Below are positions 8,306-16,947 of a stretch of 39,115 bases of DNA, piece by piece. The notes under the pieces are model-generated. The model did not search any database, was not told where the DNA came from, and worked only from the letters and a program-made list of their open reading frames with translations. Numbering within the stretch: the first letter of the stretch is position 1; every line of letters starts with the position of its first letter. Position numbers and translations under genes: made by a program. The stretch covers positions 1 to 39,115 of the IMG/VR virus record IMGVR_UViG_3300017655_000254; one strand, given 5' to 3'. The DNA comes from a virus (Duplodnaviria; Caudoviricetes).

Positions 8306-8983
8306 ATGAACGCTGAATTGCCTACAAGCACGATTGAAAGGAAGAACCTTGAATACAGGTTCACAAACGACGAACTTCTCGGGATCGCGAAGAAGGCCGC
8401 CGAAGAGCAGACCCGCCTCAAGTCTCTTGAGGAGTCAAAGAAGATGGTCATGGACGAATGGAAGGCGAAGCTTTCCGCGTGCCAAGCCGAAATCACCAAC
8501 CTTTCCAACAAGGTTTCTTCCGGCATTGAATACCGGGACTACGATTGCCCGGTCGTCTACAACGAACCCCGCAAGGGCTTCAAGACCTGCTACCACCCGG
8601 AGACCCGCGAAGTCGTCTATGTCAAGGAAATGACCCAGGGCGAAGTTGATAAGACTTCCCAGGCCGTCCTGGACTTTGACGCCGATTCCGAAGCCACCCA
8701 AACGCCGAGCGACGGCGACGCCGAGAGCGGTTCCGGTGCTTCATTCGACGTGCTGGCAGGTCCGCCCGAAGAGCCAGCGCAAGAAGAGGCCGAAGCCAAA
8801 GCCGAACCCGACCAGGCTCCCGAGCCGGAACCGGAACCGGAGGCCCCGGCGGAAGAGCCTGAATCGAAGCCGACGCCGAAGAAGCCGAAGCGCACGCGCA
8901 AGCCGAAGGCGAAGCCCGACGCTGCCCCCGCTCCGGAGGAAGAGCCCGAAGAGGAGCAGGAAGAGATTCCCGGCGCTCCCTAG
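8306..8983 (+). CDS. Coiled-coil protein with an acidic Pro/Glu-rich disordered tail
   Basis: ATG 8306; coiled-coil N-half and low-complexity C-half; the frame continues 21 codons past the TAG. Confidence 0.75.
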   Translation: MNAELPTSTIERKNLEYRFTNDELLGIAKKAAEEQTRLKSLEESKKMVMDEWKAKLSACQAEITNLSNKVSSGIEYRDYDCPVVYNEPRKGFKTCYHPETREVVYVKEMTQGEVDKTSQAVLDFDADSEATQTPSDGDAESGSGASFDVLAGPPEEPAQEEAEAKAEPDQAPEPEPEPEAPAEEPESKPTPKKPKRTRKPKAKPDAAPAPEEEPEEEQEEIPGAP

Positions 8984-9097
8984 GGTGTCGAGGTCATCGA
9001 CGAAGAACCCGAAGACCTCGACGAGAACCCGGCCCCTCCGTTCGCCTAACCATCCACCCCGGCAAGGTCCGATCCCTTGTCACTTCCTTTCCTATTT

Positions 9098-9556
9098 ATG
9101 ATTCAATTTTTCATTCCCGGCCACCCTCCCCGCGTCACGAAGCAAATGAAGAAGATCATCTTCTCCCGTGGCCGCGTCATGCACATCGACACCCCTGAAC
9201 TCAAGGAAGCGACCGCCTTCCTCCAAGAAAAGATGCTACCCTTTCGCCCCAGGACTCCGCTTGTCGGGCCGTTGAAGCTCATCGCCGTTTGGGTCTTCCC
9301 GCACCTCAAGGGCGCTGGCAAGTCCACTCGCGAAAGCATCATCTACAAAGACACCGCGCCTGACCTGGGCAACATGGAAAAGCTCTTCGCTGACGTCATG
9401 CAGCGCATGGGATTCTTTGCGAACGACGGCCAGATTGCTTGTGAGCCGCTGGTGAAGGTCTGGGGGCCGAAGCCAGGGATCGCGGTCTCTGTCAGCGAAA
9501 TGACCGGCCCGGTCGAAGAATGGGTGACTGATCTGATTGAGGAGGTTGTACGATGA
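9098..9556 (+). CDS. rusA: RusA-like Holliday junction resolvase
   Basis: FFIPGHP, PDLGNMEKLFADVM and NDGQI match the RusA PDxDNxxKxxxD...DDxQI pattern with substitutions. Confidence 0.8.
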   Translation: MIQFFIPGHPPRVTKQMKKIIFSRGRVMHIDTPELKEATAFLQEKMLPFRPRTPLVGPLKLIAVWVFPHLKGAGKSTRESIIYKDTAPDLGNMEKLFADVMQRMGFFANDGQIACEPLVKVWGPKPGIAVSVSEMTGPVEEWVTDLIEEVVR

Positions 9557-10386
9557 AACTTTCCGTTCCCTACCGCTACCTTAACGCGCTGGCCCGATTC
9601 TGCCGGGACGGTCGGAGCCGACCGGTTCTTTCCGGGATTCTTGTCGAGGCAACCGACACCGATGTTTTCCTTGTCTCCACCGATGGCATTAGGCTCGGAG
9701 TCATTTCGATGCCGGTCGAAGAAGCCCTTTGCGACGACACCGACGAAACGGGGAGCTTCATTATTCCGAAGTTGCTTGTCGAACAGCTTCGGTCACTCGA
9801 TGGAGACGCAGCTACCGCCAAGCTGAAGATCAAGGGAGACAAGGTCTCCATCACGATGACGTTGCCTTACGATCATTTTGGCTGCACTAGCTTTGGGAAA
9901 TTGATCAACGGGAACTTTCCGGCATGGCGTGGCGTGTTTACTCCCTTTTCAACCGAGCCCATCGGCACCACTGTTGTTGATCCGGTCTATATGAGGAGCT
10001 TCGGCAAGGTCGGGGCGATCCTGCAAGCCAAAGGGCAATGCCGGGGGATGGTTGTCTCCAGGCTCAAGCCTGACGCCTATTGGGACAAGGGCGAATCGCC
10101 GGTGGTGTTCCGGTTTACGCATACCCCCAGCTTCGTCGGGTTGCTCATGCCGATGAAGAGCGATAGCCCAGACATCAACGTCAATGCGGTCGCTACCCTG
10201 CCGGGTTGGGTCAGGCCAGAAGTCGCCGAGCGCTGGGGTGATCGAGTCTGGATCGTTCCGCCGGGCGCTCGCATCTTCCATCTCAAGCGGCAAGAGTGGA
10301 TCGACGCCCCCGGCGTCGGCGAGCCATCGGGTCGGGGGATTCTCTACCGGGTTCCCGTTGGCGTGGAAAGCGAGGCGGCGAAATGA
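9553..10386 (+). CDS. DNA polymerase III beta-clamp-like protein (truncated phage version)
   Basis: RPVLSGILVE, VSTDGIRL, GNFPAWRGVF and GLLMPM resemble DnaN motifs (ATDGHRL, GxFPDYxxVI, vvMPM). Confidence 0.75.
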   Translation: MKLSVPYRYLNALARFCRDGRSRPVLSGILVEATDTDVFLVSTDGIRLGVISMPVEEALCDDTDETGSFIIPKLLVEQLRSLDGDAATAKLKIKGDKVSITMTLPYDHFGCTSFGKLINGNFPAWRGVFTPFSTEPIGTTVVDPVYMRSFGKVGAILQAKGQCRGMVVSRLKPDAYWDKGESPVVFRFTHTPSFVGLLMPMKSDSPDINVNAVATLPGWVRPEVAERWGDRVWIVPPGARIFHLKRQEWIDAPGVGEPSGRGILYRVPVGVESEAAK

Positions 10387-10664
10387 GCGCGTCGCATACA
10401 CCGGGGCCGTTGGAGATTCGGCCATCGCTAACCGGAAGCGGAAGAAGCTTTGCTATCACCTCAAACGGGGTGCGCGTAGCCCTATTTGAGAATAAGGCCG
10501 ACGCCGCCCTCTTCGTCGCCGCGCCGGAGTTGCTGGAAGCATTGAAAGAGCTTGAGGGTATTCAGACCGGGCCTCCCCCGGATAGGTATTACCGAGAAGA
10601 TTGGCGTCAGGTCATGCGCAAAGTGAGCGCCGCCATCGCCAAAGCAGAAGGAGGCCAGCCTTGA
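10383..10664 (+). CDS. Phage hypothetical protein (HTPGP...AAPELLEAL type)
   Basis: ATG 10383 overlapping the upstream stop; motifs common in phage early genes. Confidence 0.8.
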   Translation: MSASHTPGPLEIRPSLTGSGRSFAITSNGVRVALFENKADAALFVAAPELLEALKELEGIQTGPPPDRYYREDWRQVMRKVSAAIAKAEGGQP

Positions 10665-10876
10665 GCGCCTTTACCGATCAATCGCCGATGCCGTTCGGAA
10701 AGCACAAAGGAGAGAAGATGGAAAACGTTCCGGCTGATTACCTCCTTTGGCTATACGATCAGCGCCCGAGTCATGCAGGGGTTACAGCATACATCGAGCA
10801 ATCATACACCGCTTTGATTAAAGAGTGTCGGGACTACATCCCGAAGCGGTCACCGAAAGGGGAAAGCTCGACGTGA
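10661..10876 (+). CDS. DUF3820 / ExoX C-terminal-like small protein
   Basis: MPFGKHKGEKMENVPADYLLWL motif; TTG start after GGAGG. Confidence 0.82.
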   Translation: MSAFTDQSPMPFGKHKGEKMENVPADYLLWLYDQRPSHAGVTAYIEQSYTALIKECRDYIPKRSPKGESST

Positions 10877-11094
10877 GCGAAGAGGTCAAACCGACGATGC
10901 CCCCGAAATCCCGCTTGCACAAACTCACAGCGGGAGTTCCCAGGCGGGCAAACTGGGACAACTACGGCGATGTTCTGGCCGCGTGCGACCGATGGCTAGC
11001 AAAGCGCGGCATCCTGAACAATCTACCCAAAAACAACAACTGGCTTTTTGAACGTGGGAAAAACAGCAAGAGACTACCAAAACGAGGGGATTGA
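10873..11094 (+). CDS. Hypothetical protein
   Basis: GTGA overlap with the previous stop; fills the gap in the operon. Confidence 0.5.
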   Translation: MSEEVKPTMPPKSRLHKLTAGVPRRANWDNYGDVLAACDRWLAKRGILNNLPKNNNWLFERGKNSKRLPKRGD

Positions 11095-12160
11095 CTGGCT
11101 CGCGCAAACCTTTCGCGGAATCCTTAAGTGTCCGGCAGGGGGCGGGAAGACCTTTATCGCGACATCTGCCATTGATCGGGTTGCGCGAGGCCACCAGCGG
11201 GCCGCCAAGGCGCGGATCACCTGGCTTGCGAACACGCGGGAGCAGGTCGAGCAAGCGGAAGAAGCTTTCTCTTTCTTCCCGGCGATCAATCAGCTTTGCC
11301 GGGTCCGCGTAGCGTGCTGGCAAGGCGGCTCAGATTGCAGCGAGGAAGACCTCGTCGTCGTCGACGAGTGTCACCATGCCGGAGCGCCGACCCTTGGCGC
11401 ACTGGTGGCGACCGCGCCGCGTGCTCGATGGGGCCTGTCTGCTACCCCGTTCGGCGGCGATCCCGAAAAGAACCTGGCGTTGATGGCGCTCTTTGATCAC
11501 CAGATGTTCGAGATTGATCGGGCGCGGATCGTCGACGGCGGCCACCTGACGAAGGCGCGGGTGCATCTCCATAGCGACACGGACCCCGGCATCGCGGAGA
11601 TCATCGAGGACGCGCTTCCGAAGCTGCTAGAAGAACGCATGAAGCGTTTCCGTCACCTGGACGAAGTCGAACAGCGCCAGCGGATCACGTGGCAACTCTG
11701 CCAGACGCACGGGATCGTTCGGAACTATGTCCGCAACCGGCGGGTAATCTCGCTCGCCAGCCAGAACGACGCCGCGCTTGTTCTTGTCGGCACGGTCGAC
11801 CACGGCGCGATGCTCGCAGAAGAGATCGAGGGCGCGGTTGTCTGTCACTCAAAGATGGGAGTCAAACGCCGCCGTGAAGCCATCGCAGCGTTCCGGGACG
11901 GCTCCCTTCGCTGCATGATCGCGACTTCCCTTGCCGACGAGGGGTTAGACGTTCCACGCGCTTCGACGCTGATCCTCGCTTGCGCCGGTCGGTCGGCGGC
12001 CAAGGTCGAGCAACGGACGGGGCGCGTGCTTCGGACCTTTGCAGGAAAAGAACACGGCATCATTCACGACTTCGTGGACCGGCAACATCCGATGCTTCAT
12101 TCACAGCACAAGAGCCGTTTAAGGCTATACAAAAAACTAGGTTACGAAATTTCGCAATGA
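11048..12160 (+). CDS. SF2 DExH helicase (ResIII-like)
   Basis: RDYQ Q-motif, PAGGGKT, DECHH, SAT, EGLDVP, QRTGRVLR; start uncertain. Confidence 0.92.
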   Translation: MNVGKTARDYQNEGIDWLAQTFRGILKCPAGGGKTFIATSAIDRVARGHQRAAKARITWLANTREQVEQAEEAFSFFPAINQLCRVRVACWQGGSDCSEEDLVVVDECHHAGAPTLGALVATAPRARWGLSATPFGGDPEKNLALMALFDHQMFEIDRARIVDGGHLTKARVHLHSDTDPGIAEIIEDALPKLLEERMKRFRHLDEVEQRQRITWQLCQTHGIVRNYVRNRRVISLASQNDAALVLVGTVDHGAMLAEEIEGAVVCHSKMGVKRRREAIAAFRDGSLRCMIATSLADEGLDVPRASTLILACAGRSAAKVEQRTGRVLRTFAGKEHGIIHDFVDRQHPMLHSQHKSRLRLYKKLGYEISQ

Positions 12161-13398
12161 ACCTTTCAGAAGAACAAACCAACGTCATCGACGACATCAA
12201 GGCCGGAAAGAACATCCTCGTCACCGGATCGGCGGGAACCGGCAAGTCAACTCTCTTGCGAGTCGTCAGAGACGAACTTGAAATCCCTGTCACCGCTTCG
12301 ACCGGCATTGCCGCGGTCAACGTAGGCGGGCGCACGATCCATTCCTGGGCGGGTCTTGGGCTCGCTCGGGACAACGTTAAAGACCTCGTGACGAACATGG
12401 GCAGCCAACCCTTTCAGCGCATCCGCGAAGCAAAGGTGTTGGCTATTGACGAAGTGTCAATGATAAGCGCCGAACTTTTCGAGAAGATCGACCATGTCTT
12501 TCGGATGGTGCGCCGTGACACGTTTCCCTTTGGCGGGATGCAGATCATCCTTTTCGGCGATTTCTTGCAGTTGCCGCCGGTTCAGAAGGGCGCGGAAGAC
12601 CTGATTAAACGGGGCGTGTTCCCGTTTGAAACAGATTCGTGGCATCAGGCCAAGTTCAAAACGCATTTTCTGTCAAAGGTGTTTCGCCAGGCTGACGCGA
12701 AGTTTTCGTCGGTCTTGAACAAGATTCGTTTCGGCGAGATCACCGGCGACGTGTCGGCGCTCCTGAACGAACGCTACCAGGCCAAAGACGAAAACCCGAA
12801 CCTTGAGCCGGTTGTTGTCCACACGCACAATCTGAACGTCGATGCGATCAATGAGCGGCGGCTTGCCACGGTCGACGGAGAGCCCCGCACCTTCATCGCC
12901 GACGACTACGGCGAGCCCGGCGCGGTGAAGATGCTCGATAAAAATTGCCTTGCGCCGAAGATTTTGAAATTGAAGGTCGGCGCTCAAGTGATGCTCTTGA
13001 CCAACATCAACACAGAAGCCGGGCTTGCGAATGGTAGCGTCGGGACCGTGGTCGAGTTCCGTGACGGGCTCAACGGGCCGCTGGTGAAGGTGTTCTTCAA
13101 CAACGGCGAGACGTACAGCGTTGGGCTGAATAAGTGGGAGATCAAAGAGGGAAAGGATGTCATCGCCACGCGCTCCCAGATCCCGCTACGGCTGGCCTGG
13201 GCGATCACCGCACACAAGAGCCAGGGGATGACGCTCGACAAGATTCAGGTTCATCTCGGCAAATGCTTTGAGTACGGGCAAGCGTACGTCGCGTTAAGCC
13301 GCGCCCGGACCACCGAAGGCTTGTTCATTGCGGACGGGACAAGAGACTCGATCAAGGCGCATCCAAGCGCCGTTGAGTTTTACCGTTCCAGCTTATGA
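12157..13398 (+). CDS. Pif1-family SF1B DNA helicase
   Basis: GSAGTGKS, TIHSWAGLG, IDEVSM, PFGGMQIILFGDFLQLPPV, FRQ, LAWAITAHKSQGMTLD, GQAYVALSR. Confidence 0.92.
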   Translation: MNLSEEQTNVIDDIKAGKNILVTGSAGTGKSTLLRVVRDELEIPVTASTGIAAVNVGGRTIHSWAGLGLARDNVKDLVTNMGSQPFQRIREAKVLAIDEVSMISAELFEKIDHVFRMVRRDTFPFGGMQIILFGDFLQLPPVQKGAEDLIKRGVFPFETDSWHQAKFKTHFLSKVFRQADAKFSSVLNKIRFGEITGDVSALLNERYQAKDENPNLEPVVVHTHNLNVDAINERRLATVDGEPRTFIADDYGEPGAVKMLDKNCLAPKILKLKVGAQVMLLTNINTEAGLANGSVGTVVEFRDGLNGPLVKVFFNNGETYSVGLNKWEIKEGKDVIATRSQIPLRLAWAITAHKSQGMTLDKIQVHLGKCFEYGQAYVALSRARTTEGLFIADGTRDSIKAHPSAVEFYRSSL

Positions 13399-15509
13399 GT
13401 GACTTTTCTGCAAAACTGGCCGACGCAAGAGCGCGGGGGTTCACGCTCGATCGTGTCATGCGGGAGCTTGGTCACGGTGATTTCGTCAAGCGGTCGTGCA
13501 AGAGTCCTTTCCGTGAGGAGAGAACGCCGTCCTTTGGCGTCTGGCATGATAGCGCGGGCGTGATGAAGTGGAAGGACTTCACCACCGGCGAAAGCGGCGA
13601 TGAAATCGACTTCATCGCGATGGCGAACGGCTTTTCGTCGAAAGAGGCCACCGACTTCTATTTCAGCATGGCGGGCGTCGAGACACCTTCCGGGGATCGG
13701 CCCCCGGCCCCGAAAAAGAAGAAGCCGACGCCAGCGCCTCCGAAACCTGCGTCGCCCCTTCGTGTTTACGAGCCGGAACTTGCGCCCTTCGACTGGAAAG
13801 CGTGCGTTGCAGCCCTGACCCCGGAAAAGATTGAAGGCTTCGCCGGATGGCGCGGCTACTCAACAGAATTTGTTCAATGGCTCAAATCGCAAGAACTGAT
13901 CGGGATGCACGGCATTTACCCGGCAACGCCAGTAGTCAAAGACGGCGTTGTGATCGGTTGCCAGTACCGCACAACAGACGGCGACCGGTACGTCAATGCC
14001 ACCAGAGGCGAGAAGACCCCGGCCATGCCGTTGATCATCGGCAAGCCGGATGCTCAAATCCTTCTGGCGATGGAAAGCCCATGGGATGCTTTTGCCTTCA
14101 TGGAAGGACTCGGCTTTCACAAGACCAACGGAAATGACGTGGTTTGCCTGGCCGTGACCCGATCCGCCAGCAATTACAAACGGTTGAAGGGCATCCTCGA
14201 AGAGCGCGCGAAATCGAAGGCACCGGGCGACGTGATCCTTGTCGGCCAGAATGACCCGCCCAGAAAGGACGGGAAGCCGACCGGGCATGACACGCTTGAA
14301 AAGGGGTTGCGCGAACTTTGCGAGGAAACCGGACTGACGCTCAAGCTGTCGATGCCGCCGGAGCACGTCAAAGATTATAATGATTGGTGGCGTGAAGCGC
14401 CAGACATCGGCGATTTCATTGCTCCCATTGAAGAAGCGAAAACCAAAACGAACAGCAGCCTTTCAAATCAGGAACTCAAAATCATCATGAAATCTACCTT
14501 CGACGATAACGACAATTTCTTCGGCGACCGCGTCCTTGCGGAAGGCCAGCCAGCAACGATTCTTGGACCGGGCGGCGTCGGCAAGTCGCGGCTCGTGATG
14601 CAAATGGCGATCTGCATGATCCTGGGTAAGCCGTTCCTGGGCATCAAGACGCACGCGACGCACAAGCATTGGCTTTTCCTTCAAACCGAAAACAGCACGC
14701 GCCGGTTGCAACACGATCTGAAAGGCATCATCAAAGGCCTTGGCATCACGGAAAAGGAAATCGACGTGCTCAACGATCACATGGTTTTTCATACCATCGA
14801 GCACGATCACGATTGCTTCCTCGCCTTGAACAACCCGGAGGAATTCAAGCAGGTTCAACTTTTCATCACGGACTTTAACCCTGACTTCGTGGTGTTCGAC
14901 CCCTTGAATACCTTCACGACCGGCGATCTGAACAGCGATGCCGACATGCGGGAAGTTTGCTCGCTCATCACAAAGGCCACGAAGCGCGGCAAGGCAAAGC
15001 GGGTGCCAATCGTGGTGCATCACTCCCTTACCGGCAAAGCAGGCGCTCAAAAGGCAACCGGCTGGGATAAGGCCAGCTACGGGCGCAACTCCAAGGCGTT
15101 GCAGGCGTGGACGCGCTCCCAGATCAATATCGCCCCGCGCGATCCCGACGACAACACGAAGCTTCTGATCACGTGCGGCAAGAACAACAACGGCGCGCCG
15201 TTCCCTGACATTGGCGTTTACTTCGATGAAGAAGAGTGGATTTACAAAATTGATGAAGATTACGATCCCCAGGAGTTTCAGGAGAGTGTCGGCAATGTCA
15301 AGAAGAGCAAAAAACCGAAGCAGGAACCCGCTGAAGTGATTCGTTTGTTTGATGATAAGATATATGGCGTTGATCTTATACCATTGGTTCGGGAGCACTA
15401 TAAGTGCAGTCAAGCAACGGCTTATAGAACTCTAAAACAGGCCATAGCAGATGGGTTTATCAGTAGCGAAGGCGATGGAAAGACCACTCTTTACCGAAAG
15501 GTCAGATGA
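13395..15509 (+). CDS. Primase-helicase (degenerate zinc-binding-like domain, TOPRIM-like domain, AAA_25/RepA-like helicase, C-terminal HTH)
   Basis: SPFREERTPSF, MESPWDA, GQND and KDYND; Walker A GPGGVGKS, Walker B VVFDP, VHH; C-terminal SQATAYRTLK. Confidence 0.85.
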   Translation: MSDFSAKLADARARGFTLDRVMRELGHGDFVKRSCKSPFREERTPSFGVWHDSAGVMKWKDFTTGESGDEIDFIAMANGFSSKEATDFYFSMAGVETPSGDRPPAPKKKKPTPAPPKPASPLRVYEPELAPFDWKACVAALTPEKIEGFAGWRGYSTEFVQWLKSQELIGMHGIYPATPVVKDGVVIGCQYRTTDGDRYVNATRGEKTPAMPLIIGKPDAQILLAMESPWDAFAFMEGLGFHKTNGNDVVCLAVTRSASNYKRLKGILEERAKSKAPGDVILVGQNDPPRKDGKPTGHDTLEKGLRELCEETGLTLKLSMPPEHVKDYNDWWREAPDIGDFIAPIEEAKTKTNSSLSNQELKIIMKSTFDDNDNFFGDRVLAEGQPATILGPGGVGKSRLVMQMAICMILGKPFLGIKTHATHKHWLFLQTENSTRRLQHDLKGIIKGLGITEKEIDVLNDHMVFHTIEHDHDCFLALNNPEEFKQVQLFITDFNPDFVVFDPLNTFTTGDLNSDADMREVCSLITKATKRGKAKRVPIVVHHSLTGKAGAQKATGWDKASYGRNSKALQAWTRSQINIAPRDPDDNTKLLITCGKNNNGAPFPDIGVYFDEEEWIYKIDEDYDPQEFQESVGNVKKSKKPKQEPAEVIRLFDDKIYGVDLIPLVREHYKCSQATAYRTLKQAIADGFISSEGDGKTTLYRKVR

Positions 15510-15535
15510 CAAAAAATCAATCATTTAATCTGTCG

Positions 15536-15657
15536 TTCTCATTCTCATTCTCAAAAAAACAATGAGAATGAGAAGTGATAACCGTCGCCGTATCCCGTTC
15601 AAATTCTCATTCTCACACGCATCCCTTTAGGGGGCGTGAGAATGAGAATCGAACGGG
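15536..15657. repeat. TTCTCA/TGAGAA inverted hexamer cluster including hairpin copy 2; putative replication origin
   Basis: (TTCTCA)x3 at 15536-15553, A-rich spacer, (TGAGAA)x2 at 15563-15574, then the 49-bp element at 15601-15649; just downstream of the primase-helicase. The origin role is inferred. Confidence 0.8.
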
Positions 15658-15756
15658 GCGTTCCGGCAACCAGAATTCAAGCTGATCCGAGAGATTCCAC
15701 GCAACGGCTTCAACAGGCGCTTGTCAGTTGACAGATGGGGCGAATGATGGCGACAA

Positions 15757-16209
15757 ATGCCTTCGCTTCCGCTACCTCCCACCGCTCAACTGATCGCTGA
15801 TTGCATCGGCAGAAATGCAACTCTCAAGCTGGTCAGGTGCAACCCATATTGCAAACATCGTTGCATCTATGTTCCGAAGGAGATGCCCGATGACTATTGG
15901 ATTGTTAATGCCATAGGCAAGCGGCTCGCTATGATATTACAGAGGGAGTTCGGTGGCGAGTTATTGCCATTGGCTAAATGCACAGCGCTAGAGCATGAGC
16001 AGCGCAACCGGGAGATTCAAGCGGGCATCAGGCGCGGGCAATCCATTCGAGCGCTGGCCCAGCGCTACGAACTGACGTCGAGCCGAGTGCATCAAATCAT
16101 CATGGGCGACTACGGGCGTTTCCGGCGCACCGGCAACGGAGCCAGAGGGCGGCGACCGGCGGCGACCCGGCTACCCGAAAAGCAGGGGGTTTTTTCATGG
16201 CTCTCATAA
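15757..16209 (+). CDS. Mor/C-family transcription activator
   Basis: IADCIG..ATLKL, IYVP, FGGELL.L, RNREI and HTH SIRALAQRYELTSSRVHQII; sits between the replication and packaging modules. Confidence 0.85.
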   Translation: MPSLPLPPTAQLIADCIGRNATLKLVRCNPYCKHRCIYVPKEMPDDYWIVNAIGKRLAMILQREFGGELLPLAKCTALEHEQRNREIQAGIRRGQSIRALAQRYELTSSRVHQIIMGDYGRFRRTGNGARGRRPAATRLPEKQGVFSWLS

Positions 16210-16335
16210 ATGAGAAATCTCGGGATTTTCTCATTTATGAGAAAATTACAGGGCGAGGGCTTATTCTCAAAGGTGAGAGAGTCGCAAGGATGAGAAAAGG
16301 TACTTCCGTAGGGGGGTGGGGGCGGGTGGATAGTC
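16202..16335. promoter_or_regulatory. Palindromic region and putative cos/packaging site upstream of the small terminase
   Basis: 16-bp inverted repeat TCTCATAAATGAGAAA (16202-16217) / TTTCTCATTTATGAGA (16227-16242), then AGGTACTTCC and a G-rich run; this is the position of cos in lambda-type phages. Confidence 0.5.
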
Positions 16336-16395
16336 GGGCACCGGTTTTCTGTAGCCGGTGAGTTTGAAACGACGGTTTTGTTTTTGAAAGAAAAA

Positions 16396-16947
16396 ATGGA
16401 CTTTGACCAGAAAATTGAAGTGACCGGGCCGGAGCTCGCGGCGGTCATCGCGCTCACCCCGACGCGGGTGCAACAGTTGAGCCGGGAGGGGATCATCAGA
16501 AAGGCGAGTCGCGGGAAATATCTGCTCTGGCCTTCGATTTCCAATTACGTCGCCTACCTGCAAGAGCGCGCCCAAGGCAAGCGCGGAAACGACGGCGAGC
16601 CGGTCGATGCTGGCTCTTACGAGGCGCACCGGGCGCGGCTCTACAAAGAGCGAGCCGACCGGGAGGAAATGGAAAATGCTGTCCGGCGCGGAGAGTTGCA
16701 CGCCGCCGAAGCTGTCGTCGCCCATATCGGCCCGATGCTGGCCGCTTTCAAAGCAAAAGTGCTGTCGATCCCGAACGCGACGGCGGCGATTGTGGCCGAC
16801 CTCGACACGCCCGACGCATGTCAGGCCGCGCTCGAAGAGCATTGCCGGGAGGCGTGCGAAGAGTTGAGCGAATACGACCCGCAAGCCATTGCTGGCCAAG
16901 GGGCCGAAGTGCCGACCGATGACGAGGAAGAGGAGGTCGATGATTGA
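16396..16947 (+). CDS. Terminase small subunit (Nu1-like)
   Basis: N-terminal winged HTH ELAAVIALTPTRVQQLSREGII, coiled coil RARLYKERADREEMEN..RRGEL; precedes the large terminase. Confidence 0.88.
   Translation: MDFDQKIEVTGPELAAVIALTPTRVQQLSREGIIRKASRGKYLLWPSISNYVAYLQERAQGKRGNDGEPVDAGSYEAHRARLYKERADREEMENAVRRGELHAAEAVVAHIGPMLAAFKAKVLSIPNATAAIVADLDTPDACQAALEEHCREACEELSEYDPQAIAGQGAEVPTDDEEEEVDD

Noticed and set aside
15722-15756. TTGACA and the TGTCAGTTGACA palindrome upstream of the Mor-like gene as a sigma70 promoter
   Set aside because: No acceptable -10 box at 16-18 bp spacing, and a single short palindrome is insufficient evidence.
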